Assembly (NCBI GenBank): GCA_963755715.1
Contig: CAVWLW010000053.1
Location: forward strand, 1 to 60,565
DNA: 60,565 bases
Origin: an uncultured delta proteobacterium
GTDB lineage: Bacteria > Desulfobacterota > Binatia > UBA9968
Reading direction: 5' to 3'
Position numbers and translations under genes: made by a program. Below are positions 41,740 to 52,328 of this stretch, piece after piece. Below the pieces are notes generated by a model that searched no databases, was not told the origin of the DNA, and was given only the letters and a program-made list of their open reading frames with translations. Positions within the stretch are counted from its first letter, which is position 1, and every line of letters begins with the position of its first letter.

Positions 41740-44016
41740 ATGGAATTCTTGGAGCGTATGGTGGCGGAACAATCCAACGACACGACGTCGGTTCAAGGCA
41801 CGATCGGCCGGATCACCTACCAGCACCCCGAAACGCATTACACCGTGGCGCGCTTGGATGAAGACGGTGGCCCCGCTATTACGATCGTCGGCGCGATCTT
41901 TCCGGTTTCCGAAGGCGAAGAGATCAAAGTCACGGGTGCGTGGAAGCGCCATCCGCGCTACGGCCTGCAGTTTCAGGTCGACCACTGGGAGAAGATCGAT
42001 CCCGCCACCCGCGAGGGCATCGAAAAATATCTCGGCTCCGGCATGATCAAGGGAATCGGTCCGACTTACGCGAAACGATTGGTGGCGGCTTTCGGTTTGG
42101 AAACGTTGAAAATCCTCTCGGAACAGCCGCTGCGGGTTCTCGAAGTCGACGGCATCGGCGAAGTGCGCGCCCATCGCATTATCCAGGCGTGGCAAGAGCA
42201 GCGCGGCATGCAGGACGTGATGGTGTTTTTGCAGGGCCATGGCGTAGGCGCTTCTTTGGCGCTCAGGATCTATCGAGTCTTTGGCGCCGACACGATCAAT
42301 CAAGTGCGGGAAAATCCTTACGCCTTGGCGCGACAGGTGCATGGCATCGGCTTTCTTTTGGCCGACCGCTTGGCGAATCACATCGGCATCCGCGGTGATT
42401 TTCCGCTGCGCGTGCAAGCGGGAGTTTTGCACGTGCTCGGCGAGATGGCGGATCGCGGCCATTGCTTCGCGCGCCTGGTGGCGCTCAAGCGCGATGCCGC
42501 GGCGCTCTTGAATATCGATGAAGACCCCGTGGACGCGGCCGTCGCCAGGCTGGCCGCCAGGGGCGAGTTAGTGACGCAGGAAGGCGCGGCGGATAGCGAT
42601 GTGCAAGTTTATTTGCAAGAGCTCTATCATGCCGAGCGTCGCGTCGCGTTGGCCTTGCAAAATCTTTTGGCAACGCCGTCGCGGTTGCAGCAGGAGCAAA
42701 TCGCCGGCCGGCGTAACTCCGCGCGCGGCGTCATCGATCTCGTCAGCCCGGAATTATTTGCGCCTTCGGCCGTGATCCTGGACGAAGATCAGATCCGCGC
42801 CACCGAGCAGGCGCTGCGCGAAAAAGTACTCGTCATCACCGGCGGGCCGGGCACGGGGAAAACCACTTTACTGACGGCGCTGCTCTCGATCCTGCGCCGC
42901 GCAAAAGCCAACTTCGCGCTGGCAGCCCCAACAGGGCGGGCGGCAAAACGCATGGCCGAGAGCGCCGGCGAGGAAGCGACGACCATCCACCGGTTGCTCG
43001 AATACAACCCGCGCGAGGGCGGCTTTCAGCGCAGCGAAGATAATCCTTTGCGCGTCGATTTTGTCATCGTCGATGAGACTTCGATGGTCGACTTGCCTTT
43101 GATGGATCATTTGCTGCGCGCCGTCGATCCGCATAGCCACCTGATTCTCGTCGGCGACGTCGACCAGTTGCCGTCGGTGGGGCCAGGCAGCGTGCTGCGC
43201 GATTTGATCGATTCCGGAGTTATTCCCAAAGTCGTGCTGCGGCGGATTTTCCGCCAGGACCGTCAGAGCCTGATCGTCGTCAACGCGCACCGCATCCTGC
43301 AAGGCCAATCACTGCTTTTGGCCGACCATACCGGCGCCAGCGACTTTGTTTTTCTGGCGCACGAGTCGGAAGAGGAAATTCTCGCGACGACAAAAACTCT
43401 TTTGCGCGAAGAAATCCCGCGCGCGCTGCGACTACAGGTGGACGAAGTCGCCCAGACAATCCAGGTGCTGACGCCGATGCACCGCGGTTTGTTGGGTACC
43501 ATCAACCTCAATCGCGAGCTGCAGGCCTTACTCAATCCCTCGGGCGTCACTTTGGAGCGCGGCGGCGCTACGTTGCGCCACGGCGATAAGGTCATGCAAC
43601 TGCGCAATAACTACGACAAGGGCGTTTTTAACGGCGACTTGGGACGCATCGCCGGCATCGACCGCGACGACGGCAGCGTGAAGGTCGATTTTCTCGACAA
43701 GGTGGTGGAGTACGAGTCCGATGAGCTCGACGAGATTAATTTAGCTTATGCGACATCCGTTCATAAGAGTCAGGGTAGCGAGTATCCGGTGGTCGTCCTG
43801 CCGCTGCACACTTCGCACTATTTATTGCTGCATCGAAGCATTCTCTATACCGCGGTGACGCGCGGCAAGAAGCTGGTTGTCATCGTCGGCAGCCGCAAAG
43901 CATTGGCGATGGCGATTCGCAATTTTCGCGTCGAGAAGCGCAACACCGGCTTAATGGAAAAGCTTTCGGCGTTGGCGAAGCCGAGTAGAATTTTGTCCGG
44001 GCAGTTCGACGGCTGA
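41740..44016 (+). CDS. recD2: ATP-dependent RecD-like DNA helicase (RecD2)
   Basis: YLGSGMIKGIGP HhH, GGPGTGKTT, APTGRAAKR, DETSM, GDVDQLPSVGPG, HKSQGSEY, YTAVTRGK. Confidence 0.93.
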   Translation: MEFLERMVAEQSNDTTSVQGTIGRITYQHPETHYTVARLDEDGGPAITIVGAIFPVSEGEEIKVTGAWKRHPRYGLQFQVDHWEKIDPATREGIEKYLGSGMIKGIGPTYAKRLVAAFGLETLKILSEQPLRVLEVDGIGEVRAHRIIQAWQEQRGMQDVMVFLQGHGVGASLALRIYRVFGADTINQVRENPYALARQVHGIGFLLADRLANHIGIRGDFPLRVQAGVLHVLGEMADRGHCFARLVALKRDAAALLNIDEDPVDAAVARLAARGELVTQEGAADSDVQVYLQELYHAERRVALALQNLLATPSRLQQEQIAGRRNSARGVIDLVSPELFAPSAVILDEDQIRATEQALREKVLVITGGPGTGKTTLLTALLSILRRAKANFALAAPTGRAAKRMAESAGEEATTIHRLLEYNPREGGFQRSEDNPLRVDFVIVDETSMVDLPLMDHLLRAVDPHSHLILVGDVDQLPSVGPGSVLRDLIDSGVIPKVVLRRIFRQDRQSLIVVNAHRILQGQSLLLADHTGASDFVFLAHESEEEILATTKTLLREEIPRALRLQVDEVAQTIQVLTPMHRGLLGTINLNRELQALLNPSGVTLERGGATLRHGDKVMQLRNNYDKGVFNGDLGRIAGIDRDDGSVKVDFLDKVVEYESDELDEINLAYATSVHKSQGSEYPVVVLPLHTSHYLLLHRSILYTAVTRGKKLVVIVGSRKALAMAIRNFRVEKRNTGLMEKLSALAKPSRILSGQFDG

Positions 44017-44095
44017 TCTGGGTGTTACCGTTTTCGGCGGCGAAAAAATCGCGGCAAAGCGCCTTATCACTCTGCTTGGGGAATTCTGCCGGCGG

Positions 44096-44797
44096 TTACT
44101 GAAACAGCCTTCCGAGTTTTTTGTCGGCGTGGACGATGCCGAGTTTTTTCAAGCAAGCCCAGAGCGTCGCTTGATTGCTGTTGATGACCGGCTTGTCGAG
44201 ATCGTTTTCCAGGTCTTCGACCGCTTCGATCATGCGCGTGTTCGTGCAACTTAAAAAATAGCCGTCGGCATCCGTTCGGGTATTTTCCTTTACGATGTTT
44301 TTCCACTCTTGCGGCGTCACGGTCGAGTAGGCGTGGGTTTCCAGACCGAGGCCTAATTCATGCAGCACGGTATAGCCGGTCTCGGTGAGATAGTTGACTT
44401 CGAGCTGATTGGTCGCTTTGACGTAAGGACTGATCAGCACCAGCTTTTTGATGCCGAACCGATCGAACGCTTGAGTGATCGCTTGCGCCGTCGTGATGGT
44501 CGGGCAACCGCTGGCCTGCTCGATGATTTCAATGATCGCTTTTTCGTGGGCAAGACCGCTTTCCATCGAATTCGCCGTACAGTGAAACACGATCATTCCC
44601 GGTTTTACGTCGGAGAGCGCTTCTGCCGCCTCGACCAGCGGCCGTTTGAGCTCGCTCAGCGGCTTACGGAATTTTCCGGTCATGCGCAGGCGGGTGACGT
44701 GAATGCCGACGCCCGGCGGCGCATAGGCATTGAACTGCGGCTCCGTCAGGCGATTGCCGGAAGGAATAATCAAGCCGATGCTGGCCGGCGCGCTCAT
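44096..44797 (-). CDS. Maleate cis-trans isomerase / arylmalonate decarboxylase (Asp/Glu racemase superfamily)
   Basis: IGLIIPSGN..EP, catalytic FHCTA and LSCTN, KPVINSNQA. Confidence 0.85.
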   Translation of the reverse strand: MSAPASIGLIIPSGNRLTEPQFNAYAPPGVGIHVTRLRMTGKFRKPLSELKRPLVEAAEALSDVKPGMIVFHCTANSMESGLAHEKAIIEIIEQASGCPTITTAQAITQAFDRFGIKKLVLISPYVKATNQLEVNYLTETGYTVLHELGLGLETHAYSTVTPQEWKNIVKENTRTDADGYFLSCTNTRMIEAVEDLENDLDKPVINSNQATLWACLKKLGIVHADKKLGRLFQ

Positions 44798-45888
44798 AAC
44801 CCAGCGGCTCCCAAGCTATAAAACCGCCGGGCATTGCCGTGCAGAAAAGCCGCTTTATCGGCGGCGCTGATCTCTTCGTTCTCGAGAAACTCGTTGATCT
44901 CGTGTTTGCAGAACTCGTTGTTGACTTCGTGTGGATAATCGCTGGAAAAAACCCAGGGCTTGTTGCCGATTCTTTTGATCGCATGGGCGATGTCCGGCTC
45001 TTCGCCTTCGCAGCCGACGAATATCCGTCCCGCGTCGATGTGGCGCGCGATATATTCGCTGACTTTCTCCTTGGGCCGAAGCTCGAGGAAGCGCTTGCGC
45101 GGATCGTGCTGAATGTGAGTTTCCCAGGAACGATCGAAACGCTCCAGACAAACGAGCATCCAAGCGATACCGCCTTCCAGGAAACCGAACTTGACGTTCG
45201 GGTACCTATCGAAGACGCCGTTAAACACCATGCCGCCGAAGGAGATCATCTGGCCGAAGGGATGCCCCAAAGAGTGCACCGGCGCATAGGGGCTCAGATC
45301 GTCCAATCCTAAATTTTCATGGGCGCCGCCATGGACGCCGATGGCACAGCCGAGCCGGTTAGCTTCTTCGTAGATCGGCCAGTAGCGTTGGTCACCGAGA
45401 TTGGACTGGATGCCGGTGGACGGCAGCATGGCGCCGCGCATGCCGAGCTCTTTGACGATTCGGCGCAGCTCTTCCACCGCGGCTGTCGGTTCCTGCAGCG
45501 GTATTAACCCCATCCCCTTAAAACGCGGGCTCCGTTTCATGTAGGTGTCATGGAGCCAGTCGTTGTAAGCCCTCGCAACGTCGATCGCCCAATCCCGGCT
45601 GACGATTTTTCCGAACGCTAAACCGAGGGTGGTGTAAAGCACGGTCGTTTCGATACCCACGTCTTCCAAAAAATCGACCCAGCCGTCGGGGCCGACTTTA
45701 TTGAACGCGCCCGGCTGGAAGTCATGCAGGTTGGCGGAGTGAAGATGATCGAGCGGCGGAAACGGATTAAAAAAACTATGGGTCTCGTACTTGTCGCGGT
45801 ACGACTTGGGCATGAAGTTGATGATCGCCTGGCAATCCTCGATCACATGGCCGTCGCCGTCGATAATCGTATGGCCGTTCAAAGGCAT
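44794..45888 (-). CDS. Amidohydrolase-2 family protein (decarboxylase/hydratase-like)
   Basis: IIDGDGHVIE, RAYNDWL, GVFDRYP, FLEGG, FSSDYPH. Confidence 0.87.
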   Translation of the reverse strand: MPLNGHTIIDGDGHVIEDCQAIINFMPKSYRDKYETHSFFNPFPPLDHLHSANLHDFQPGAFNKVGPDGWVDFLEDVGIETTVLYTTLGLAFGKIVSRDWAIDVARAYNDWLHDTYMKRSPRFKGMGLIPLQEPTAAVEELRRIVKELGMRGAMLPSTGIQSNLGDQRYWPIYEEANRLGCAIGVHGGAHENLGLDDLSPYAPVHSLGHPFGQMISFGGMVFNGVFDRYPNVKFGFLEGGIAWMLVCLERFDRSWETHIQHDPRKRFLELRPKEKVSEYIARHIDAGRIFVGCEGEEPDIAHAIKRIGNKPWVFSSDYPHEVNNEFCKHEINEFLENEEISAADKAAFLHGNARRFYSLGAAGL

Positions 45889-45960
45889 GGGTGAGTCCTC
45901 CTTCCAACTGACGTTTAGGTCATCAAGGCGCGGGGTTTTTGTCAAGACTTAATGCGCCTA

Positions 45961-46026
45961 GAGTCTGGCGTTTCGCGTCTGGCGTTTTTTTCCGAATGGA
46001 GACCGCAGACGCCGGACCCCAGACGG
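45961..46026. repeat. Heptamer-period imperfect inverted repeat
   Basis: GAGTCTG GCGTTTC GCGTCTG GCGTTTT ... AGACCGC AGACGCC GGACCCC AGACGG, directly after the channel gene stop. Confidence 0.55.
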
Positions 46027-46029
46027 AAC

Positions 46030-47103
46030 TTACGAGCCGTTTCCGCCGAACCATTTCGTATACAACTGATCGTAAGTGCCATTTTCTTTGAGTTTCAGTA
46101 ACGCTTCGTTGACCGGTTTACGATACGGGCTGTTGGAGGGAAAGACGATGCCGTAGTTTTCCTTGCGAAAGATTGCGCCAGCGGTTTGTACTTTGCCTTT
46201 CCCCTCATGCGCCGCGTAAAAGAGCAAGACGGGCGCGTCGTAAACCACGGCATCGACTTGGCCGTCTTGGAGCGCCTGATACGCTTCCTCCATCTTCGTA
46301 AATTCCACAGGCTCAACGCTACGCTGGCGCAAATATTCCACGGATGTGCTGCCCTTTATGCTGCCGACGCGTTTGCCGGGAAGATCCTCGGGGCCGTTAA
46401 TGTCGCCGCGCAATTGTTGGACAGTCAAAGAAGAAGTGACCGCCGCAGTGAAGTACGCGATAAAGACCACACTCATGAACATCCAGAGAACTGCGATGAC
46501 CCGCGCCGTCGCCGCGCGCGGCATCTGATCAGCCTGAGTCGCCAGCGTCGAAGCAGCCCACCAGCAGGCCTCGAAGATGCCCGGAAAATACCCTCGATGA
46601 GTCAGCATGCCAGTGGAGTTGCGCCGCTCAAAAAACCACACCAAATGCGCCATCAGGAGAAGAATAAATGCTACGCCTAAAACGTAGAGCAGGACGGTGG
46701 TTGACAACAAATTGGTCATGATCGCTTCGACAAAGCCACCACGGCCGCCTTGAACAGGAGTCAGGATTTGCAGCCCGGCATCGAACATCGGCTGGGAAAA
46801 ATCTAACTCCACCTCCCGATCGGCTGTGATCGAAATCGCCGCGATGCCGAGCGCCACGTTCTTCGACTTGACCGCATCGAGCAATTCTTTGACCGTCGGC
46901 TTGACGATAAATTCGGACTGCGCGTTCATCTGTTTGGCGATCTCTTGCCAGAGCTCGACGCTGAAGCCGGTAAGCTGGCCGCCTTGTTCATAGACGAACG
47001 GTTTGATGAGACGGGTTGCGACGCGAAGCTTTTGCTCTTTCGGTTGGGCAAAGGCGAAAGGAACGATCAGAACGAGAAGAGGCACAAACAGCAGTTTTTT
47101 CAT
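46030..47103 (-). CDS. Prokaryotic glutamate-receptor-like ligand-gated channel (S1-M1-P-M2-S2)
   Basis: Signal peptide; S1 (PFV...GFSVELW, AISITADRE, DFSQP); M1 and LVWFFER; pore WWAASTLATQ; M2 FIAYFTAAVTSSLTV; S2 (GSTS, AVVYDAP, YGIVFP). Confidence 0.85.
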   Translation of the reverse strand: MKKLLFVPLLVLIVPFAFAQPKEQKLRVATRLIKPFVYEQGGQLTGFSVELWQEIAKQMNAQSEFIVKPTVKELLDAVKSKNVALGIAAISITADREVELDFSQPMFDAGLQILTPVQGGRGGFVEAIMTNLLSTTVLLYVLGVAFILLLMAHLVWFFERRNSTGMLTHRGYFPGIFEACWWAASTLATQADQMPRAATARVIAVLWMFMSVVFIAYFTAAVTSSLTVQQLRGDINGPEDLPGKRVGSIKGSTSVEYLRQRSVEPVEFTKMEEAYQALQDGQVDAVVYDAPVLLFYAAHEGKGKVQTAGAIFRKENYGIVFPSNSPYRKPVNEALLKLKENGTYDQLYTKWFGGNGS

Positions 47104-47161
47104 TTGCTAAGCGTTCCGTCAGCGCGTTTTTAGCGGAGCATCCAAGAGTCGCGGTTGAAAA

Positions 47162-47813
47162 TTACTGTAAGGTTGCGGTCACCGTTAGGCCGGTTTCATT
47201 GCTGCTTGCCCGGTCGCGATAGCCGAGAATCTGGCGGGTGAGCTCGTGTAGGTTGGTCGTCGAACCACCGAGCGATACGGACTGGCCGTTGGGGACGATC
47301 AACTCCGTCGCTGCTTCGGTGAAGTCGATGGCGCCGGGCCGTTCCACAGAGAAGTAGCTGATTCTTGGTGTAAGGCGCAATTTGATTTGTCCGTCGGGCA
47401 AGCTCGCAGCGTTGACGCGGAGCGACGTACCGACATCGTTGAAGACGATCCGCCGCTCGATAGAGCCGATGCCGAGGGCGTAGTTGTGAAAATAGGCGAC
47501 TTCACTCTGCGGCACTCGGGTGGCGACGGTAAGGATGGACTCGCCGCCATCCACGACGAGAGTGAAGATTCCGCTGGAGCGCTGCACTGTGGTTTGCCGG
47601 TCTCCCGCCGTCAACCGGCCGGAAGGGTAAACCGTGCCTCTTCGGATAATGACGCTGCCTGAGCCTTGCACGTTTTCCTGGCTACTTGTGCCGGTCTGTT
47701 GGATTTGCAACACGACCTTGATGTTTCGGCGCGGTTGCGAATAGCCGATCGTAGTCGCGAGTGAAGCCAAAAACGAGCGACAAAATTATCGCAGAATAGA
47801 TGTTCAAGCGCAT
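47162..47813 (-). CDS. Secreted protein resembling an isolated secretin C-terminal beta-domain; frameshift in a T-run near 47772
   Basis: Signal peptide MRLNIYSAIILSLVF from ATG 47813; TLVVDGGESILTV, FNDVGTSLRV...DGQIKLRLTPRIS, EAATELIVPNGQSVSLGG match secretin C-domain patterns. Confidence 0.6.
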
Positions 47814-47831
47814 AGGCTGGGGACTACTCAG

Positions 47832-48784
47832 CTATCGACTCGCCGGCAGCAAAGAAAAGTCGACGGCCTTCTGCAGGTCGAAGTCCGCCGGGATCGGCCG
47901 CTCTTGGCGCAGGATATCGAGGTAGCCGCGCGCGACTTTGGGATTGAGTCTGCCGTCTTTGTTCAAGAGCCGAATCAAGGTCGCGTAGGTGTTTTCCGCT
48001 TCTTGTTGGTTCACTTTGAATTTGTCGACGATCATCTTCGTACTCTCGGCGCGGTTGGTGCGCAGCCAGGCCAGAGATTCCATGACCGCGGCTACCGTGC
48101 GGCGCACGGACTCGCGGTTGGTTTTAATCTCGTTTTGCGACGTTACCAAACCGACGTAGGGAATGTCGGCCAGATCGCCAAGCTGCATGAACTTTTTGTA
48201 GCCAAGCGACACCGCCTTGTCGTCGAACGGCGGCGTCAAGACCGTCGCGACGACGCGGTTGGAGGTCAATGCGCGAAAGCTGTCCGCCGTGCCGCCGGTG
48301 TTGATGGTGCTGACTTCCTTTTCGTTGATTTCTGATTTTTTCAAAAACGCCTGAAAGAAATAATACGGCGAGGTGCGGATGCCCTGAGAGCGCGACGGTT
48401 TTACCGATCAGATCTTGCGGCTTGTTGATGTCCTTTTGCGTGACTAATACCCAGGGCGAGCTGTCGCAAAAGCTGATCACGATGACCAAAGGTAATCCGG
48501 CTACTGCCGCGGAAATGCCGGTCGACACCGAGGTGAAGTAGTTGATGTTGCCGGCGACCACGGCTTGAGGCTGGATCGTCGTGCCCATCTGAATGTACTC
48601 GGACTCGATGCTATATTTTTTGTAGATGCCTTTTTCCTGGGCGACGTAAAACGGCATGTACGAAAACGCCAGGGAGGGAAAGCCGATTCTGATTTTATAG
48701 GGGCTCTCCGCTCGCATGAGCGATGCCCAGAAAAAAAACCACGGCCGTGAACAAGAAGACGAAGAATAAACTTCTGAGCTTCAT
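47832..48784 (-). CDS. ABC-type substrate-binding protein, NMT1/SsuA-like; frameshifts near 48735 and 48385
   Basis: Signal peptide; PFYVAQEKGIYKKY, DLIGKTVA, VDFSLL across ORFs 48124-48717 and 47832-48344. Confidence 0.78.
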
Positions 48785-48795
48785 TGTTTCGTTCC

Positions 48796-49995
48796 TTACG
48801 CGTTGGCCGCCTTGGCGCTGCCGTTCTCCCAACTCTGGCGCGCCGTCTTGAGAGCGTTGGGCTGGGGCAAATTTTTCAGCTTAAAGAATTCGATGGCAGT
48901 CTTGTTGAGCAGCTTTTCTTTTTGCGCGAAGGAAAGATCTTTGCCGTCGACGACGTCCTTCACCGAGTAAGGGAAGTGGCAGTCCCAGTGACAATAGTCG
49001 GAAGCGTACATGACGGTGTTCTCGCCGTTGGCGGCAAAGACGCGGTCTAGACCCGTCTCTTCGGATTCGCAGGTCAAGGTAACTTGTTCACCGCGGATGA
49101 TGTCGCTCGGACGCCGTTTTAGATCCGGCATCTGCGGCGCGAGCTTTTCGATGTGTTCATCGAAGCGCTCGGCCCAAAACGGCAGCCAACCGGCGCCGCC
49201 TTCCATGAAGCCGACGCGCAATTTCGGGTAACGATCAAAGACGCCTTCGCCGATCATGTGCATCATGGCGATCATCAGTTCGAACGGGAAGGCCGTCATG
49301 TGCACGTAGGCGTATTTGCGCAAGCGCTCGCTGCCGGCGCCCATGACGCCGGAAACACCGAGGACGCCGTCATGGCCGGTTTGCGGATGAACGCTGAGCG
49401 GCATTTCGATCGCCTGAGCGCAATCGTAGATCGGATCGAACATGCGATCGCCCATATTATTTAAACCGTAAACGTTGGTCGGGAGCATCGCCGTTATTGC
49501 CCCGGCTTTCTTTAGATATTCGAGCTCCTTCACCGCGGCGGGCGGATCCTGACAGGGGATCAAGCCGACGGCGAGCAAGCGCTTTGGATCAGTGGAGCAG
49601 TATTCGACCAGCCACTCGTTCACCGCGTGGCAAAGCACGGCGGCCAATTCCTTGTTCATGAGGCCATTGACCGTGAGCGCGATCTGGGTGCCGAACAAGA
49701 TCGCGACATCGATGCCTTCCTCGTCCATATCTTTGAGTCGGGCGACGGGATCGACCATGCCAGCGCGGTAGCCGCGCGCCTTGTCGGTCATCGGACCCGA
49801 TACCCCGGGAGCCAGTCCTTGGGACGACGACCACAAGCGCCCTTCCAAGAGAATACGCGAATTGCCTTCGTTGTCCTGCAATCGAATCGGCGCCTGCGAT
49901 CGCCACTTTTCCGGCATGCGCGGCGCTAAATCGACATTGCCTTCATAGACATGGCCGTCGGCGTCAATGACGAGCACGTTATCAAAATTTTCCAT
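48796..49995 (-). CDS. Amidohydrolase-2 family protein
   Basis: VIDADGHVYE, DPVARLKDMDEEGIDVAIL, GVFDRYPKL, MEGGAGW, YASDYCHWD. Confidence 0.87.
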   Translation of the reverse strand: MENFDNVLVIDADGHVYEGNVDLAPRMPEKWRSQAPIRLQDNEGNSRILLEGRLWSSSQGLAPGVSGPMTDKARGYRAGMVDPVARLKDMDEEGIDVAILFGTQIALTVNGLMNKELAAVLCHAVNEWLVEYCSTDPKRLLAVGLIPCQDPPAAVKELEYLKKAGAITAMLPTNVYGLNNMGDRMFDPIYDCAQAIEMPLSVHPQTGHDGVLGVSGVMGAGSERLRKYAYVHMTAFPFELMIAMMHMIGEGVFDRYPKLRVGFMEGGAGWLPFWAERFDEHIEKLAPQMPDLKRRPSDIIRGEQVTLTCESEETGLDRVFAANGENTVMYASDYCHWDCHFPYSVKDVVDGKDLSFAQKEKLLNKTAIEFFKLKNLPQPNALKTARQSWENGSAKAANA

Positions 49996-50155
49996 CGGGC
50001 GATCCTCCGCGCTATTCTCGCTTCAATTATTTCTAATGGCTCAAGACCTACCATAGCAAAAGTCTTTCGGGCAACTATAAACTAAAAGGCATTCCCGCGA
50101 TCAGTGCCGTGCGTGGTTTGAAACCGATCGGCCAATTCGATATTCAAACAGATAG

Positions 50156-51375
50156 ATGCGGCAAATCTTGAGAAACTGTCTGCAGGGTAAATTGTTAAAT
50201 CGCGCCGAAGCGCTAAACCTTGTCGGCGCGCAGGGCGATGAGCGTGCAAGCCTTGCTCGCCACGGCGGCGCAGTTGCGCGATCGGCACAAGGGACGGATC
50301 GTCACCTTCTCGCCGAAGGTATTCGTGCCGCTGACCAATTTGTGCCGGGATTTTTGCGGTTACTGCACCTTTCGCAAGGCGCCGGACGAAGCCGGCGCCA
50401 AGACCATGACGCTCGAAGAAGTGTTGCGCGTGGTGCAGCAAGGCAAGCTGCTCGGCTGCACTGAAGTCTTGTTTAGTCTCGGCGATAAGCCGGAAGCGAT
50501 CTATCCCGAGATGAAAAGCTTCCTGAACGAACGCGGCCATCAGCGCACGCTCGATTATTTATACGAGGCTTGCCGCGCCGTCTTGGAAGAAACCGGATTG
50601 TTGCCGCACTCCAACCCCGGCGTGATGGGCCAAGGGGATCTGCAGCGACTTAGAGACGTGAATCCGAGTATGGGCTTAATGCTCGAAAGCGTCAGCGAGC
50701 GATTATTGCTCGCGGGCGGCGCGCACGACAATGCGCCGGATAAAAAGCCCGCCGTGCGCTTGCGCACGCTTGGAGTCGGCCGGCAAACTTCGCGTTCCGT
50801 TTACCACCGGAATTCTGATCGGCATCGGTGAAAATTGGCAGGAACGAATCGATTCGCTGCTGGCGATTCGCGATCTGCACGAGCGCTACGGCCACATTCA
50901 AGAAGTCATCGTGCAAAACTTTCGCGCGAAACCCACCATCCCCATGCGCGGACATCCCGATGCCACGCGCGATGACATGATGAAAACGATCGCATTGGCG
51001 CGTCTGATATTCGGCGGCGCAATGAATATCCAAGCGCCGCCCAATTTGACGCCGGACGGTTACGAGCTTTACCTGGACGCGGGCATCAACGACTGGGGCG
51101 GCGTGTCGCCGCTGACGCCGGATTTCATCAATCCCGAAGCGCCCTGGCCGGCTTTACGCTTGTTGCAGGAAAAAAGCGCCCAAGCGGGATTCGAATTAAA
51201 AGCGCGCTTGCCGATCTATCCTGAGTACATTCGTGAAGAATTTCTCGCGCCATCGTTGATTGCCTACGTCGAGCAACTCTCAGGCACAGACGGCTTGGTG
51301 CGTAATAACGGGCCACTCGCAAATTTCTCGACAACCCAACGCTCCATCGCATCATCGATCCCAAGGCTCGTTTAA
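50156..51375 (+). CDS. cofG: FO synthase subunit CofG (radical SAM); frameshifts near 50243 and 50768
   Basis: VTFSPKVFVPLTNLCRDFCGYCTF, LLPHSNPG, SMGLMLE, FTTGILIGIGE, HIQEVIVQNF, IQAPPNL, GINDWGGVSP, NPEAPWP. Confidence 0.9.
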
Positions 51376-52301
51376 TGATCGTCGTTCTCACCGGCGGTAC
51401 CGGCGGCGCTAAATTGATCGAAGGGCTGGCGGCCGAGACGGATCCTGCCGAGCTGACGATCATCTGTAACACGGGCGATGATTCGATTTTCCACGGCCTA
51501 TACGTTTCGCCGGACATCGACACAATCATCTATACGTTGGCTGGACTCACCGACAGCGACAAAGGTTGGGGCATTAAAGACGACACTTTCAATGCTTTGG
51601 ACCAGCTTGGCCGGTTGGGCGATGACACGTGGTTTAGACTTGGCGACAAAGACCTAGCGACGCACATCACGCGCACTCGACTCTTGAATGAAGGTTTCAG
51701 ATTGTCGCAAGCGACCGACAGAATCCGCCGCGCCCTGGGCATCAAGGCGACGATCTTGCCCATGGCCGACGAGCGCGTTGAAACGCGCGTGCAGACGTCG
51801 CAGGGAGAAATTTCCTTTCAGGAATTTTTCGTCAAGGAACACTGGTCGAGCGAAGTAACGGCGATTCGCTTCGCTCGTGTCGAATCGAGCCGGCCCGCGC
51901 CGGGCGTGCTTGAGGCGATTGAGCGCGCGACAGCGATCATCGTTGCTCCGAGCAATCCGATCACCAGTATCGGACCGATCCTCGCTGTGCCGGGAATTCG
52001 CTCGGCCTTGACGGCGAGCAGCGCACCGAAGATCGGCGTCAGTCCGATCATCGGCGCAAGCGCGATTTCCGGTCCGGCGCACAAACTAATGAAAGCGTGC
52101 GGGCGGGAAGCGTCCGCGCTCGGCGTGGCGCAGGGCTATGAGGATTTCCTCGACACGCTGTTGATCGCGGCAGAAGACAAGGACATGATGGAACCGATTG
52201 CGAAATTGCGGCTCCATGCCGTTGCCACCGATATCTTCATGACTTCGTCGAGCGATAAGCGCCGTTTGGCGCGCCAAGTCTTGGCCTTGGCTGGAAAATA
52301 G
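51375..52301 (+). CDS. cofD: 2-phospho-L-lactate transferase
   Basis: GGTGGAKL, NTGDD, VSPDIDT, WFRLGDKD, FQEFFV, PSNPITSIGPIL, VSPIIG. Confidence 0.93.
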   Translation: MIVVLTGGTGGAKLIEGLAAETDPAELTIICNTGDDSIFHGLYVSPDIDTIIYTLAGLTDSDKGWGIKDDTFNALDQLGRLGDDTWFRLGDKDLATHITRTRLLNEGFRLSQATDRIRRALGIKATILPMADERVETRVQTSQGEISFQEFFVKEHWSSEVTAIRFARVESSRPAPGVLEAIERATAIIVAPSNPITSIGPILAVPGIRSALTASSAPKIGVSPIIGASAISGPAHKLMKACGREASALGVAQGYEDFLDTLLIAAEDKDMMEPIAKLRLHAVATDIFMTSSSDKRRLARQVLALAGK

Positions 52302-52328
52302 TCTAAGAAAATTCTTTCTGAATCGCTT

